From the NCBI GenBank assembly GCA_030167145.1, contig CP126532.1, positions 3,420,001 through 3,452,000 on the forward strand: a stretch of 32,000 bases of DNA, read 5' to 3'. This document shows, piece by piece, positions 1-11,600 of this stretch. This DNA comes from Ktedonobacterales bacterium. Its GTDB lineage: Bacteria > Chloroflexota > Ktedonobacteria > Ktedonobacterales > JADMIN01. Under the pieces are notes generated by a model. That model searched no databases and was not told the origin of the DNA. It saw nothing but the letters and a program-made list of their open reading frames with translations. How positions within the stretch are numbered: position 1 is the stretch's first letter; each line of letters starts with the position of its first letter. Position numbers and translations under genes: made by a program.

Positions 1-1181
1 CGTGGATGAGTCGTGACCATCCGCCCCGCACGTGCCCAGATGCCCTTTGCGGTCGCAGTGGCGTCGGTTAGCGTGCCTGGACGCGGTTGCGCGGGCCAGA
101 AGAGCGCCTTGCCACACAACGCCATCAGCGCGGGCAAGAGAGTGAGGCCAGCCAGCAAGAGGCAGGCTACGCCTACCGCGGTAGCAGGACCAGTGACGCG
201 CAATTCGTACAGTTGCGCTAGCCCCATGATCGCGGTCGCAACAACCACCGTCGTTGCGCTTGACATGAGCGATTCGCCGATGCGGCCCACAGTGTGCGCC
301 AGCGCGTCGCATCGCGCAGCGCGGTCGTTCCGGCTGGCACGCCGTATCTCTTCGCGGTAGCGCGAGAGCATGAACACGCCATAGTTGGTTCCGGCGCCCA
401 GAAGCACAAAGGCTACATATTGCAGGCTAAAGGGCGCGACGGCCAACCCAAAGGTCTGCCCCAGCCACGCGATCAGCGGAATGGACAAGCCGAGGGCCAT
501 AGCTACGGTGATGAGTGGTATCAGCACAGCCAGCGGCGACCGATAGACGATGCCCAGCACCACCAGAATGATGAGCAGGCCAATTAGCGACCCCACACCA
601 ACACTGCCACTAAAGGTTCCGGAGGTGATGTCATACCCGATGGGCGCATTGCCCGTAAGACCTAGTGTGCCGCCGGATGGCAGGTGCTGCTGCGATAGGT
701 AGGTATTAATGGCGTGGATCGAGGCGTCAGGTATAGACTCGTTGGCGGTGTCCCAGATGAGAATCATGCGCAGCGCCTGGTGATCGCTACTCTCGAAGGC
801 GCCTGCCGGAGTCTGGAGGGTAGGTCCCGATACCGCCAGTAGCTGTGCGGGGCGCGTTTCAGGGCTCATCAGCCAGGCCGCGATCTGCTGAGCCAGGGCG
901 ATATCCGCCGACGAAATGCCCTGTGGATCGGTGAGCACAAGCGCGTCGGTTTCCTTATGCGCAGTGGCTTGCCCGGCGGCAAATTTGGTGGTGTAGAGAT
1001 GGTCTGCTTGTATGCTCGGCGCTGAGGCAGGTAGTGATGAGGTAGAATGCTGTGTTGCAGCTACGGCACTGAGCGAGGGGCCGAATTTCATTGCAGCGGT
1101 AACGAGGATGATCCAGACCACAATGATGAGCAAAGGCCAGCGGGCTACAAAACGCCCCCATCTTTCCAGTATAGCTCCCAT
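1..1181 (-). CDS. MMPL/RND-superfamily membrane transporter, N-terminal part (start in window, gene runs off the left edge)
   Basis: Absent from the ORF track because it is open at the window edge. Own reverse-strand translation from ATG 1181..1179 gives MGAILERWGRFVARWPLLIIVVWIILVTAAMKFGPSL...GLLIILVVLGIVYRSPLAVLIPLITVAMALGLSIPLIAWLG...FVLLGAGTNYGVFMLSRYREEIRR. It shows an N-terminal TM helix, a large loop, then a TM bundle with the MMPL-type G-x-x-Y..F..SRYREE motif. Confidence 0.7.
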   Translation of the reverse strand, partial: MGAILERWGRFVARWPLLIIVVWIILVTAAMKFGPSLSAVAATQHSTSSLPASAPSIQADHLYTTKFAAGQATAHKETDALVLTDPQGISSADIALAQQIAAWLMSPETRPAQLLAVSGPTLQTPAGAFESSDHQALRMILIWDTANESIPDASIHAINTYLSQQHLPSGGTLGLTGNAPIGYDITSGTFSGSVGVGSLIGLLIILVVLGIVYRSPLAVLIPLITVAMALGLSIPLIAWLGQTFGLAVAPFSLQYVAFVLLGAGTNYGVFMLSRYREEIRRASRNDRAARCDALAHTVGRIGESLMSSATTVVVATAIMGLAQLYELRVTGPATAVGVACLLLAGLTLLPALMALCGKALFWPAQPRPGTLTDATATAKGIWARAGRMVTTHP

Positions 1182-1434
1182 AGTACACGTGCTCCTGTGT
1201 TCCAAACGAGGGTGAAGGACAAACGACCAGGGGATACTTCCCCGGCGCCAAGAGGCTTTGTTCTCCATAATCCTGTTGACAGGAAGCAGTGTATCCTTTG
1301 CTCGCAGGAAGCGCGTCGGTCTGGAGATTGATTTGAGGTGGAGGTTGAAGGTGTCGTTTTCTCCACCCACGGGTGGAGAGCTGCGAGGCATGGGGAGTGG
1401 TAAACGGGCATGTGTTCGTGAGATCTATTGTACT

Positions 1435-1478
1435 CAAAGCAACAGGCGCGCCCCAGGGGAGATCCCCCGAAGCGCGCC
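1435..1478 (-). terminator. Putative intrinsic terminator downstream of clpC
   Basis: GC-rich hairpin 1445..1478: GGCGCGC/GCGCGCC outer stem with an inner GGGG/CCCC stem. On the minus strand it is followed by UGUUGCUUUG and lies about 20 nt after the clpC stop (1499..1501). Confidence 0.5.
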
Positions 1479-1498
1479 CGTTGTTGTGTGTCGTGCGG

Positions 1499-4030
<2,532 letters not shown>

Positions 4031-4099
4031 CTGAGTTATCCCCCCTTTCAAGGCTGAAGGTGGAGTTGGGCCACTCTGTAGCAGATTAACCCGTACCCC

Positions 4100-4128
4100 A
4101 TGATACGTTATGCCAGGGCTATCGTCAA
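4100..4128 (-). promoter_or_regulatory. Putative sigma70-type promoter of clpC
   Basis: Minus-strand TTGACG (4128..4123), 17-nt spacer, TATCAT (4105..4100), about 65 nt upstream of the GTG at 4030. Confidence 0.5.
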
Positions 4129-4853
4129 GAAAGCTCAACTACGCAAATCCGCTTTTCAAGCGACATCACGCCCATTCACCCGTGTTATGCCACTGGCTGG
4201 CGGCTGCGGATATGCGCTTACTTCCGACCTGGCGTATCTCCTTCATCCGAAAGGCCATCATCTTGTCTTTATCACGTTTCGCGGCAGCGCGCAACACCTC
4301 ACAACAGGAGCATCTCTTTACGAGACGCCGATGCGTTCGCGCCGCGCGCCTCAGGCGCATGCCTGCGCGTTCACATCCTTTGGCACTACGACATTGGCCA
4401 CACGCTGCAACATGTGGGATTCTCTGGTGGCCGCACCGCGTGACCACCTGGCGTCGTTGCTGTCCCCCTAACGCAAGTCGCACGCCGAAAAATCAACCAC
4501 TAGCTCGAAATGAGCCGAAATAATCAATCTCTATCGCCGACACCATTCCGTGCCTACCGCATGGATGCGGATATGCGTGGGCGAGTACGCTATTCGCTCC
4601 ACGTCTGCGCCGCGCGGTGGCAAATCTCGATGTAGTTGCTGCGCTCTCCTCGCTGGTTGCTCATCCGCCACTGGCTCGCGGATGATATGTCTGATGTTAC
4701 TTCTTAATACGTATGATACGCCAGTTTGTACGATGCGCTTTCACACATTCGTTGGGGGCTGTGGCAAGCGTGTAGCGCGATCCTTGTCTGACGCGGCCCG
4801 GCGCGGGAAGTCACGCATTACCGTTTGTCACGTCCACGGCGTAAAGATACGTG

Positions 4854-4888
4854 AGACCGCCACTGAGCGACAAACTCAATGGCGGTCT
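4854..4888 (-). terminator. Possible terminator hairpin downstream of rpsA
   Basis: 9-bp stem AGACCGCCA/TGGCGGTCT with a 17-nt loop, about 50 nt after the rpsA stop. The U-tract on the minus strand is weak (CACGUAUCUUU). Confidence 0.35.
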
Positions 4889-4936
4889 TTCCCCAGGCGG
4901 GAAATCGTTCGCCCCCAAGGCGAGCCAGACCTTCGT

Positions 4937-6634
4937 CTAGGCGTCGGTGGCGGCTGAGGTCTCGCTCGTCACGGCTTCGGAGGTCACCTCCGGGGCGGTG
5001 GCTTCGCTAGCCTCCACAGGCGTTTCGGCCGTCGCTTCGGTCGCTGCTTCGGCTGGTGCTTCGGCTGCCGGTTCCTCAGCAGTGGCTTCGGCTTTCACTT
5101 CAATCTCTACCGGCGCTTCAGCTTTTGGCTCCTCGGCGCTGGCGGTGACTTCAGTCGCTGGCGTTTCCACAGGCGTTTCCGCGGTCGTGCCCGCGTTCTG
5201 CTCGCGCTGGCGGGCCATCTTGAAGGCCTCGGCCATTGCCGTGGTCGGCGCTTCTTCGGGCTGTGCCGGGCGCGCTGGCGCGGCGGGCCGCTCGTTGGCG
5301 GGCGGTGCGGCGGTCGTCGCGCCATTGACGGCCATCTCAGGCGCGGATACGCCGGCGGCGTCGGTCCCAGCCATTGCTGGCGCAGTCTCCTCGGTCTCGG
5401 CGGGGGCAAGCTCGTCCACCTGGCGGATCGAGAGACCCAGGCGGCGGCGGTCCGGTTCGATGCGTAGAATCCGCACCGTCACGTCCTGCCCCTCCTTCAG
5501 GCTGGCCTTGGGATCTTGCGTCCCGGCGGGCAACTCGGAGAGATGGATCAACCCCTCGATACCGTCTTCGATGCGCGCGAACGCCCCGAACGGCGCAATC
5601 TTGGTGATCGTGCCATGCACCAACTGGTTGATCTGGTAGCGCTGCTCCACCGTGGTCCACGGGTCCACCTCGGCGCGCTTGATGGACAGGGCGATCTTCT
5701 TCTTCTCCTTATCCACCGAGAGCACCTGCACCTCGACCTCTTGCCCCACCCGCAGCACTTCGCTCGGATGATTCACGCGGCTCCAGGCGAGCTGGCTGAT
5801 ATGCACCAGACCATCCGCGCCGCCCAGGTCCACGAAGGCGCCGAAGTTGGAGAGGTTGCTGACGACGCCCTTGCGGACTTCGCCGACCTCCAGCTCGTTG
5901 AGCAGCTCTTCGCGCCGCTTGGCCCGCCACTCCTGCACGGCCAGCCGCTCGGAGAGGATCAGCCGGTTGCGGTTGCGGTTGATCTCGATGATCTTGAGCT
6001 GCAAGCGCCGCCCGACCATGTTTTGCAGCTTGGTCTGGGTTTCGGCGCTGTCGGCGGTGTCTTCGCGGCGCAGATTCTGAATCTGGCTGATCGGCACAAA
6101 GCCGCGAATGCCCTCCAGATTGACAATCAGGCCGCCCTTGTTGAAGTCAATGACTTCGGCTTCCAGCAGTTGGCCGCGCTCGTACTGCTCCTGGGCGATG
6201 CGCCACTGGCGTTCCAGGCGCGCACGCTTGATGGAGACGACCGCATGGCCTTCGGGGGTTTCGGGCTGCATGACGTAGACGAGCACGTCGTCGCCAATAT
6301 GCAGCTCGGCGAGCGAGCCATAGCCTGCGGAGGGCAGCTCCTTGGTGTTGAGCACCCCTTCGCTCTTGAGGCCGATGTCCACCAGAATCTCGTCCGCGTC
6401 AATGCGGACAATCTGGCCTTCAACGACATCGCCGCGCTTGATTGTCCGGAACTGGGCCTCCTGCTCGTCCAGCAAGCGCGCCATCTCGCTCATGTCGGGC
6501 ATGTCGCCATCGTCGTCGAGCATGCTGGCCATGTCGCTCATGTCTGTCGAGGCAGACATGCCGTTCATAGAATCCTGCTCGTCCTGGGCGACCAGACCTT
6601 CTTGCGCGGTCTTGTCATCGTCGTCTACGCTCAT
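4937..6634 (-). CDS. rpsA: 30S ribosomal protein S1 with four S1 domains, an acidic N-terminus and a long Ala/Glu/Thr/Pro-rich C-terminal tail
   Basis: S1-domain signatures: GDVVEGQIVRIDADEILVDIGLKSEG, GQLLEAEVIDFNKGGLIVNLEGIRGFVP, GEVRKGVVSNLSNFGAFVDLGGADGLVHISQL and LVHGTITKIAPFGAFARIEDGIEGLIHLSEL. The track ORF begins at 6811 with an Arg-rich, non-S1-like stretch. ATG at 6634 (MSVDDDDKTAQEG) is preferred, but its SD (AGGA, 2-nt spacing) is poor, so the start is uncertain. Confidence 0.85.
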   Translation of the reverse strand: MSVDDDDKTAQEGLVAQDEQDSMNGMSASTDMSDMASMLDDDGDMPDMSEMARLLDEQEAQFRTIKRGDVVEGQIVRIDADEILVDIGLKSEGVLNTKELPSAGYGSLAELHIGDDVLVYVMQPETPEGHAVVSIKRARLERQWRIAQEQYERGQLLEAEVIDFNKGGLIVNLEGIRGFVPISQIQNLRREDTADSAETQTKLQNMVGRRLQLKIIEINRNRNRLILSERLAVQEWRAKRREELLNELEVGEVRKGVVSNLSNFGAFVDLGGADGLVHISQLAWSRVNHPSEVLRVGQEVEVQVLSVDKEKKKIALSIKRAEVDPWTTVEQRYQINQLVHGTITKIAPFGAFARIEDGIEGLIHLSELPAGTQDPKASLKEGQDVTVRILRIEPDRRRLGLSIRQVDELAPAETEETAPAMAGTDAAGVSAPEMAVNGATTAAPPANERPAAPARPAQPEEAPTTAMAEAFKMARQREQNAGTTAETPVETPATEVTASAEEPKAEAPVEIEVKAEATAEEPAAEAPAEAATEATAETPVEASEATAPEVTSEAVTSETSAATDA

Positions 6635-7452
6635 TGTCCTGCTCGCGGCGCACTCTGCGCGACTGGCGCGGAGAGGGTGACTGCGCCGCTTCCCCTTTCG
6701 TCTGTGGAAATTGCTCCCCATGCTGGGAAGGTGGACACGGGTGTACGCGGCTGCCCATGTCACTGCTCCGCAAGCCGGAGCGTCCTGCCGCATCAGGCGG
6801 TTCGTTGCCATCCTGGCGCAATATCGAGGCGCTCACCCACCGTGAGGGACTTCAGCGTTCGTCCGTCCCTGCGCGCGCAAGCCAGCCGCACGCGGATGAG
6901 GTGACCCCGATATTGAGTCGGTTTGCTCTGCTCGCAGCGCCCCGGCAGCGGGAGACCGTCGAAAGGGACATCACCTTGCGACAGGTGGCCAGACCTGGGG
7001 TTCATGTGATGAGCGCGTGCATGAGCGAGAGCGCATGGAGAGGAGGATTTCACGGGCTGAGAGGAAACACGATCCGCCGTTGAGTACACGGCATGTTGCC
7101 AGTACATCCGGCGCAAGCCACTACGCGCGCAACACGCGCAACGGTTTACGAGTCGTTTGCCTACAAGTTGTTGAGCGTACCCTTGGATTCACGGTGGCGC
7201 TGGAAAACAGACATGCCGAAGGCGCCTTGCGCTCTCGGCTTCGACTGCTACTTCCAACGCTCGCGCTTCCGCGAGCCACGTTGCATGCCCCCACTTCGGA
7301 GCCTATTATACACGAGGATGGCCGATGACGCAAGCCGCGCACACGCGGAATGCCCGTTTGGCCGCATGTATGACAATAATGTCAGATTTTTGCCGTTGGG
7401 TTACACGCAACAAGCCACCCATATCGTGAATAGAGAGTTCTATCCTGTGACG

Positions 7453-8169
7453 ATGTATTGGCATACCAATCATGCACGTGAGACGCTGGTGAACGACGCG
7501 AGCGCGCTCGTCGCCTTTCTGCGCGAACGGCTGACGCACGATGCCGCGTCATCCGCTGACGACGCGGCGGCGTTCTCGCCCGCGCCGCCAGTGCCATTGC
7601 CGCCAGCGCTGGTGGCGGCGGGTCTGTTGCCGAAGGAGCCGCGGCGCGCGGCGGTGCTGGCGCCGCTGTATGCGCGTGCGGGACGCCCGCATCTGCTTTT
7701 TACGGTGCGGTCCCTCGACCTCTCGTCGCACCGGGGCGAGATCTCGTTTCCGGGTGGCTCGTGGGAGGCGACGGACGCGACGCTGGCCGAGACGGCGCTG
7801 CGCGAGGCGCATGAGGAGATTGGGCTGGAGCCGTTTCGGGTGGCGGTGCTTGGGGCGCTGCCGCCGGTCTTCGCAGGCCCCAGCAATTTCTATGTTACGC
7901 CGTATGTCGGGTGGATTGACGGCGAGTTGCCCGCGTTGACGCCGAATCCCGATGAGGTGGCGGAGGTGATCGAGGCGCCGCTGGCGGCGCTGGCGGACCC
8001 GGTGATCTACCATACGGAGGTGTGGGAGCGTTTCGGGGCGTCGCATCTGCTCCACTTCTATGATTACGGGGCGTATCGCATCTGGGGCGCGACCGGGCGT
8101 ATGCTCTTCTCCCTGCTGGAGATGCTGCCGCCAGAGGAGGGCACGGAGGACGCGCAGCAAATCTCCTAG
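7453..8169 (+). CDS. Nudix hydrolase, CoA pyrophosphatase type (NudL/Nudt7-like)
   Basis: LLFTVRSLDLSSHRGEISFPGGSWEATDATLAETALREAHEEIGL matches the CoA-pyrophosphatase signature preceding the Nudix box (REaxEExGl). The start is uncertain. The track ORF starts at 7093, and in-frame ATGs lie at 7318, 7366 and 7453. The stretch 7318..7450 is AT-richer with rare codons (aga, aat, ttt), so 7453 is chosen. Confidence 0.7.
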   Translation: MYWHTNHARETLVNDASALVAFLRERLTHDAASSADDAAAFSPAPPVPLPPALVAAGLLPKEPRRAAVLAPLYARAGRPHLLFTVRSLDLSSHRGEISFPGGSWEATDATLAETALREAHEEIGLEPFRVAVLGALPPVFAGPSNFYVTPYVGWIDGELPALTPNPDEVAEVIEAPLAALADPVIYHTEVWERFGASHLLHFYDYGAYRIWGATGRMLFSLLEMLPPEEGTEDAQQIS

Positions 8170-8702
8170 CCGGTATGTCCCAAGATGAGGTATCGGGTTA
8201 CTGGCGCGGGGATGAGCCGTCGCGATTGATGAAGAGGTGTTGTAGCCTGGGTGGCGCTGGCCCCACTTCAGTCGCATCGCTCTCGCCAGAGCACCTCATC
8301 ATCTGTTAGAATCTCTTGTGGAATGGTTGTGTAGCGCGTCTGTCGTAGCGCGTCCGCTTGTAGTTATCGCTTTGTAAGGCACTGGTCTTTTTAGGCGACA
8401 ACGGGGTTTCTACCTCGACTGGGTGGCTCACTCTGGATCACCCGGCAGGCGTGGATGCGCGCGGACACCTTCTTCCCCACTTCATTCCCGCGCGCATCCT
8501 CTCGCTTGCCTGATATGTTTCCCCCACTTCCGCATACCGGTTCCGCTGGCATTGCGTGCTTCTCGTCTTCTCTTCGCGCTCGCGCATATCCATCATAAGG
8601 ACTACGCTATCTGGACGCGGCCTGTATACTACAGGTGCGGATTCTTGTGTGCCGCCTGTAGCGTGGTGGCGTGTGTATGGCGGATGTGGAGAAGAAGACG
8701 AG

Positions 8703-9830
8703 ATGCTGTGTCCAACTTGCGGCTTAAACCTCGAAGGTGTCACGTCGGCGGCGTGCCCGCGCTGCGGCCAGCCACTGCTCAGCGGTGCGCCACCCAGCCC
8801 CTATGGCACGCCACAGCCGCCCACGGGCAGCCCGTACCCGTCGGGGCAGCCTGTTGCGCCGCCCTCTGGCCCGGCATACCCTGTTCCCCCTTCGCCCTAT
8901 GCGCTCCCCGGCGCTCCGGCGGCTCCGAGCGCGCCGCTCTACGGACAGCCGGGGTACGAGCCACCACCGATGCCACCGTACGGACAGCCACCGTATGGTC
9001 AGCCACCGTATGGTCAATCGCCGTATAGCCAGCCGCTCTATGGTCAACCGCCCTATGGGACGCCAGCGGGGCCAAGCATGCCGATGTATGCTCCCGGCAT
9101 GCCAGGCGCACCAGCAGGCTATCCGCAGCCGTATGCCCCGCTCGCGCCGCTGCCGCAGCGCAAGCGCCGCACCGGACGGATCATCGGCATCGTGGCGCTA
9201 GTCGTGGTGGTGGTCATCGCGTCATGCGGGGCGCTGATCTATGCGACATCGCGTTTGACGCCGACGGCCTCCGCGCCCAGCAACCCGACGAGCAGCGCCA
9301 CCAGCACGCTAGCGGAGAACGTTATCTTTCACGATGCACTCACACCTGCCCAGTTGGGATGGTCCAAAGGGCCGCATTGCTCACCACAAAATGATGGCTA
9401 CCACATCACAGACGGCTATATCTGCTACGCGCCGACTGGTGATGTCGGCGCTGGCGCCATCAGTGTAGATGTCAAACAGGTATCCGGCGCGCAGACTTGG
9501 TTTTATGGACTGATGTTTCGCCGGATCAGCAAAGGCAACTTCTATGCGTTGGTCATCGCCACCAACGGGTACTGGGAGTTCGGCAAGGCCGTGAACGACC
9601 AGTGGACAGACATCGTGCCCTATGTGCCGAATGCGGCGATCCATACGGGGCTGAACTCTGTGAACACGCTGAAGGTGCGGATGCAAGGCTCGCATTTCGC
9701 GTTTTTCGTCAATGGCACGTCACTTGGACAGGACGATGATGCCACGTATACAGAAGGCAAGTGCGGCATCATAGGCAATGTGAATGTCGAGGTGGTCTAT
9801 ACTAATTTCACGCTCGCGACGCTGCAATGA
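8703..9830 (+). CDS. Zinc-ribbon / Pro-rich repeat / single-TM / jelly-roll (DUF1080- or LamG-like) ectodomain protein, paralog A
   Basis: MLCPTCG..x..CPRCG zinc ribbon, PPYGQ-type repeats, TM helix [21 protein letters not shown]. The C-terminal ~165 aa ([31 protein letters not shown]...[18 protein letters not shown]...VVYTNFTL) is shared with paralogs B and C. ATG 8703 is preferred over the track start 8556 (GGAG upstream; the protein then begins at the zinc ribbon as in the paralogs). Confidence 0.75.
   Translation: MLCPTCGLNLEGVTSAACPRCGQPLLSGAPPSPYGTPQPPTGSPYPSGQPVAPPSGPAYPVPPSPYALPGAPAAPSAPLYGQPGYEPPPMPPYGQPPYGQPPYGQSPYSQPLYGQPPYGTPAGPSMPMYAPGMPGAPAGYPQPYAPLAPLPQRKRRTGRIIGIVALVVVVVIASCGALIYATSRLTPTASAPSNPTSSATSTLAENVIFHDALTPAQLGWSKGPHCSPQNDGYHITDGYICYAPTGDVGAGAISVDVKQVSGAQTWFYGLMFRRISKGNFYALVIATNGYWEFGKAVNDQWTDIVPYVPNAAIHTGLNSVNTLKVRMQGSHFAFFVNGTSLGQDDDATYTEGKCGIIGNVNVEVVYTNFTLATLQ
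8973..9062 (+). repeat. Tandem 15-nt (5-aa) coding repeat PPYGQ x6 (degenerate) inside paralog A
   Basis: ccaccgtacggacag / ccaccgtatggtcag / ccaccgtatggtcaa / tcgccgtatagccag / ccgctctatggtcaa / ccgccctatgggacg encode [30 protein letters not shown]. Confidence 0.8.
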
Positions 9831-9919
9831 TGCGCAGGACATGGCCAGCAAGATGAGCGCGCTGCTTCGTCATGCTATCATGGGAGACACTGCATATCCC
9901 ATGAGCGAGGAGGGCGCGT

Positions 9920-11101
9920 ATGATGACTTGCTGGTGCTGTGGCTACGACATCCCATTTGCGGGGGCGGCGGCGTGTCCGCGCTGCGGGGTGCTGTTGAGC
10001 GCGCCTGATCCATTCGCGGAGCCGGCAGAAGATGTGCCGCCAGGGTGGCAGCCCAACGTTGCCCCGCCCGCCAGCGCGCCCGCATTTGGTCCACCCAAGT
10101 TGCTGCCTGCTCAGCAAGTGGAGCCATACGCGCCCACAGGCGCAGACGGGTATTCCTTCGACGCGCCGCCATCCGCCACGAGGCCGCCAGACACAATAGC
10201 CGCGTCCGATCTGCCTACGGTGGCGAACCCAGCGGTGAGCCTTCCTGTCAATCCGCCTCCTAGCCCGCCAGTGCCTACACCGGTTGATCTGCCGGTTGCG
10301 GCGTTCAACGCGGGCGGGCGGCCAGCGCGGACGGCGAGTGTGCCGATCTGGGAGCAATTGCCGCCGCCGGTGGCGCGTATCACGCTGACACCACAACTCG
10401 CGCAGCCAGGCGTTCGTTCTGTGTCCGTGCCTGCCCCCATAGTGGCGGCGCGCCGCAGGTCGCCGTTTGCCTTCTTGCGTCATTTTTCGGTGGTGGCGCG
10501 GGCGATCTCGGCGCTGATTATCTTCGCGGTGGTGGCGGTGGGTGCGCTGGCGATTCGTGGCCTGGGGCATTCGGCAGCCCCACACGGCGACACCATCTAT
10601 CAGAGTGCGCTCACCGGCACTATTAGCGGCTGGGAGAGCAGCGACGGCTGTTCTTTCGAGCGCGACGGGCTGCATGTGAGCGCGGGTGCGATCTGCATGC
10701 CCGATATTGGTGACCAGGGCGATGTGACACTCACGGTGCAGACGAAGCTGGCGCATGGGGATGGGACGCGCGCCTTTGGCATCGTCTTCCGCTATACCGG
10801 CCAGGGTAACTACTACTTCTTCGGCATTGACGCGGATGGCGAATGGCAATTCTATAAAGCGGTGGACGATCAGATTATGCCGATATTCCATGCGACGCAG
10901 GATCCGGCGATTCTGCTGGGCATCAACACGCTCAACACGATTGAGGTGCGCGCCAAGGGAACGCACTTCGACTTCTATGTCAACGGTGTCGCGGTAAAAT
11001 CCACCGACGACGCGACCTATGCCTCCGGGCAGTGGGGCCTCGCTGCGCCGCAGGGCATCGAGGCGGTCTATACCAATATCGCGCTCGTCAAGACAAAATG
11101 A
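9920..11101 (+). CDS. Zinc-ribbon / Pro-rich / single-TM / jelly-roll ectodomain protein, paralog B
   Basis: MMTCWCCG..x..CPRCG zinc ribbon, Pro-rich region, TM helix ISALIIFAVVAVGALAI. C-terminal domain: FGIVFRYTGQGNYYFFGIDADGEWQFYKAV...NTIEVRAKGTHFDFYVNG...AVYTNIAL. GAGGAGG lies 6 nt upstream of the ATG. Confidence 0.8.
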   Translation: MMTCWCCGYDIPFAGAAACPRCGVLLSAPDPFAEPAEDVPPGWQPNVAPPASAPAFGPPKLLPAQQVEPYAPTGADGYSFDAPPSATRPPDTIAASDLPTVANPAVSLPVNPPPSPPVPTPVDLPVAAFNAGGRPARTASVPIWEQLPPPVARITLTPQLAQPGVRSVSVPAPIVAARRRSPFAFLRHFSVVARAISALIIFAVVAVGALAIRGLGHSAAPHGDTIYQSALTGTISGWESSDGCSFERDGLHVSAGAICMPDIGDQGDVTLTVQTKLAHGDGTRAFGIVFRYTGQGNYYFFGIDADGEWQFYKAVDDQIMPIFHATQDPAILLGINTLNTIEVRAKGTHFDFYVNGVAVKSTDDATYASGQWGLAAPQGIEAVYTNIALVKTK

Positions 11102-11117
11102 GAGGAGCAGCGGACGT

Positions 11118-11600
11118 ATGCGAATCGAAGCGAAGCTGGCCGAACTCGGCCTGGCGTTGCCAGCGCCGATGCAAGCCCCACCGGGCATGCGGTTGCCATT
11201 CGCGCCCGCACGGGTACGCGGCGCGCGGGCGTATGTTTCGGGACACGGGCCGCTCAACGCGGATGGCACGCTGGCCGCGCCACTTGGTAAGGTCGGCGCG
11301 GACCTGACCGTGGAGCAGGGTTATGCGGCGGCGCGGCTGACGGCGCTGGCAATCCTTGGGGCGCTCAAGCGCGAACTCGGCGACCTGGACCGCGTGACGG
11401 CGTGGCTGCGGGTCTTCGGGATGGTCAATACCGCGCCCGGCTTCACGCAGACGCCCGCCGTCATCAACGGGTTCTCCGACCTGATTCTTGAATTGTATGG
11501 GCCAGAGATCGGCGCGCATGCCCGCTCAGCGGTCGGCCTGGCGGAGTTGCCGATGAGCATCCCCGTGGAGATCGAGGCTGAAGTGGAGATTGCTGGCTAG
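11118..11600 (+). CDS. RidA/YjgF/TdcF-family protein (reactive intermediate deaminase family)
   Basis: MRIEAKLAELGLALPAP...ARVRGARAYVSGHGPLNADG...IGAHARSAVGLAELPMSIPVEIEAEVEI shows the typical Rid-family N-terminal LP..p and C-terminal R.avgv..LP.g..VEIe pattern. GAGGAG lies 10 nt upstream of ATG 11118. The track start 11019 overlaps the end of paralog B and encodes an Arg/Ser-rich stretch. Confidence 0.75.
   Translation: MRIEAKLAELGLALPAPMQAPPGMRLPFAPARVRGARAYVSGHGPLNADGTLAAPLGKVGADLTVEQGYAAARLTALAILGALKRELGDLDRVTAWLRVFGMVNTAPGFTQTPAVINGFSDLILELYGPEIGAHARSAVGLAELPMSIPVEIEAEVEIAG

Noticed and set aside
1271-1284. Inverted repeat TCCTGT-N2-ACAGGA containing a perfect TTGACA on the plus strand
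   Set aside because: There is no acceptable -10 hexamer at 16-19 nt on the plus strand and no plus-strand gene downstream. It may be an operator for the MMPL gene, but the evidence is too thin to call.
4110-4957. ORFs 4110..4523(+), 4166..4483(-), 4550..4957(+) in the rpsA-clpC spacer
   Set aside because: They have Arg/Cys/Ser-rich, non-protein-like composition and no RBS. They overlap the clpC promoter and the rpsA terminator. The region is kept only as an unexplained non-coding region.
5516-6904. 462-aa ORF on the plus strand
   Set aside because: It lies entirely antisense to rpsA. The composition is typical of a high-GC shadow frame (Leu/Ala/Gly/His/Asp runs, no domain motifs). The opposite strand has unmistakable S1 domains.
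7050-7110. GGGCUGAGAGG resembling the TPP riboswitch CUGAGA core
   Set aside because: The rest of the THI-box (ACCC...GAACCUGAUC.GG.UAAU.CC.GCG) is absent on either strand. The context gives no thiamine gene.
7093-7452. Long N-terminal extension of the Nudix ORF
   Set aside because: It contains no conserved motif and has AT-richer, rare-codon content. CoA pyrophosphatases do not need it. Starts at 7318 or 7366 cannot be excluded.
8250-8540. Possible CRISPR-like array because of repeated short motifs
   Set aside because: The repeat units are only 9-10 nt, the spacing is irregular (14, 47 and 214 bp) and there are no cas genes. This is not a CRISPR array.
9878-11269. 463-aa minus-strand ORF
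   Set aside because: It is antisense to paralog B and the RidA start. The sequence is Arg/His-rich and low-complexity. The plus-strand frame has a zinc ribbon, a TM helix and a domain conserved in two paralogs.
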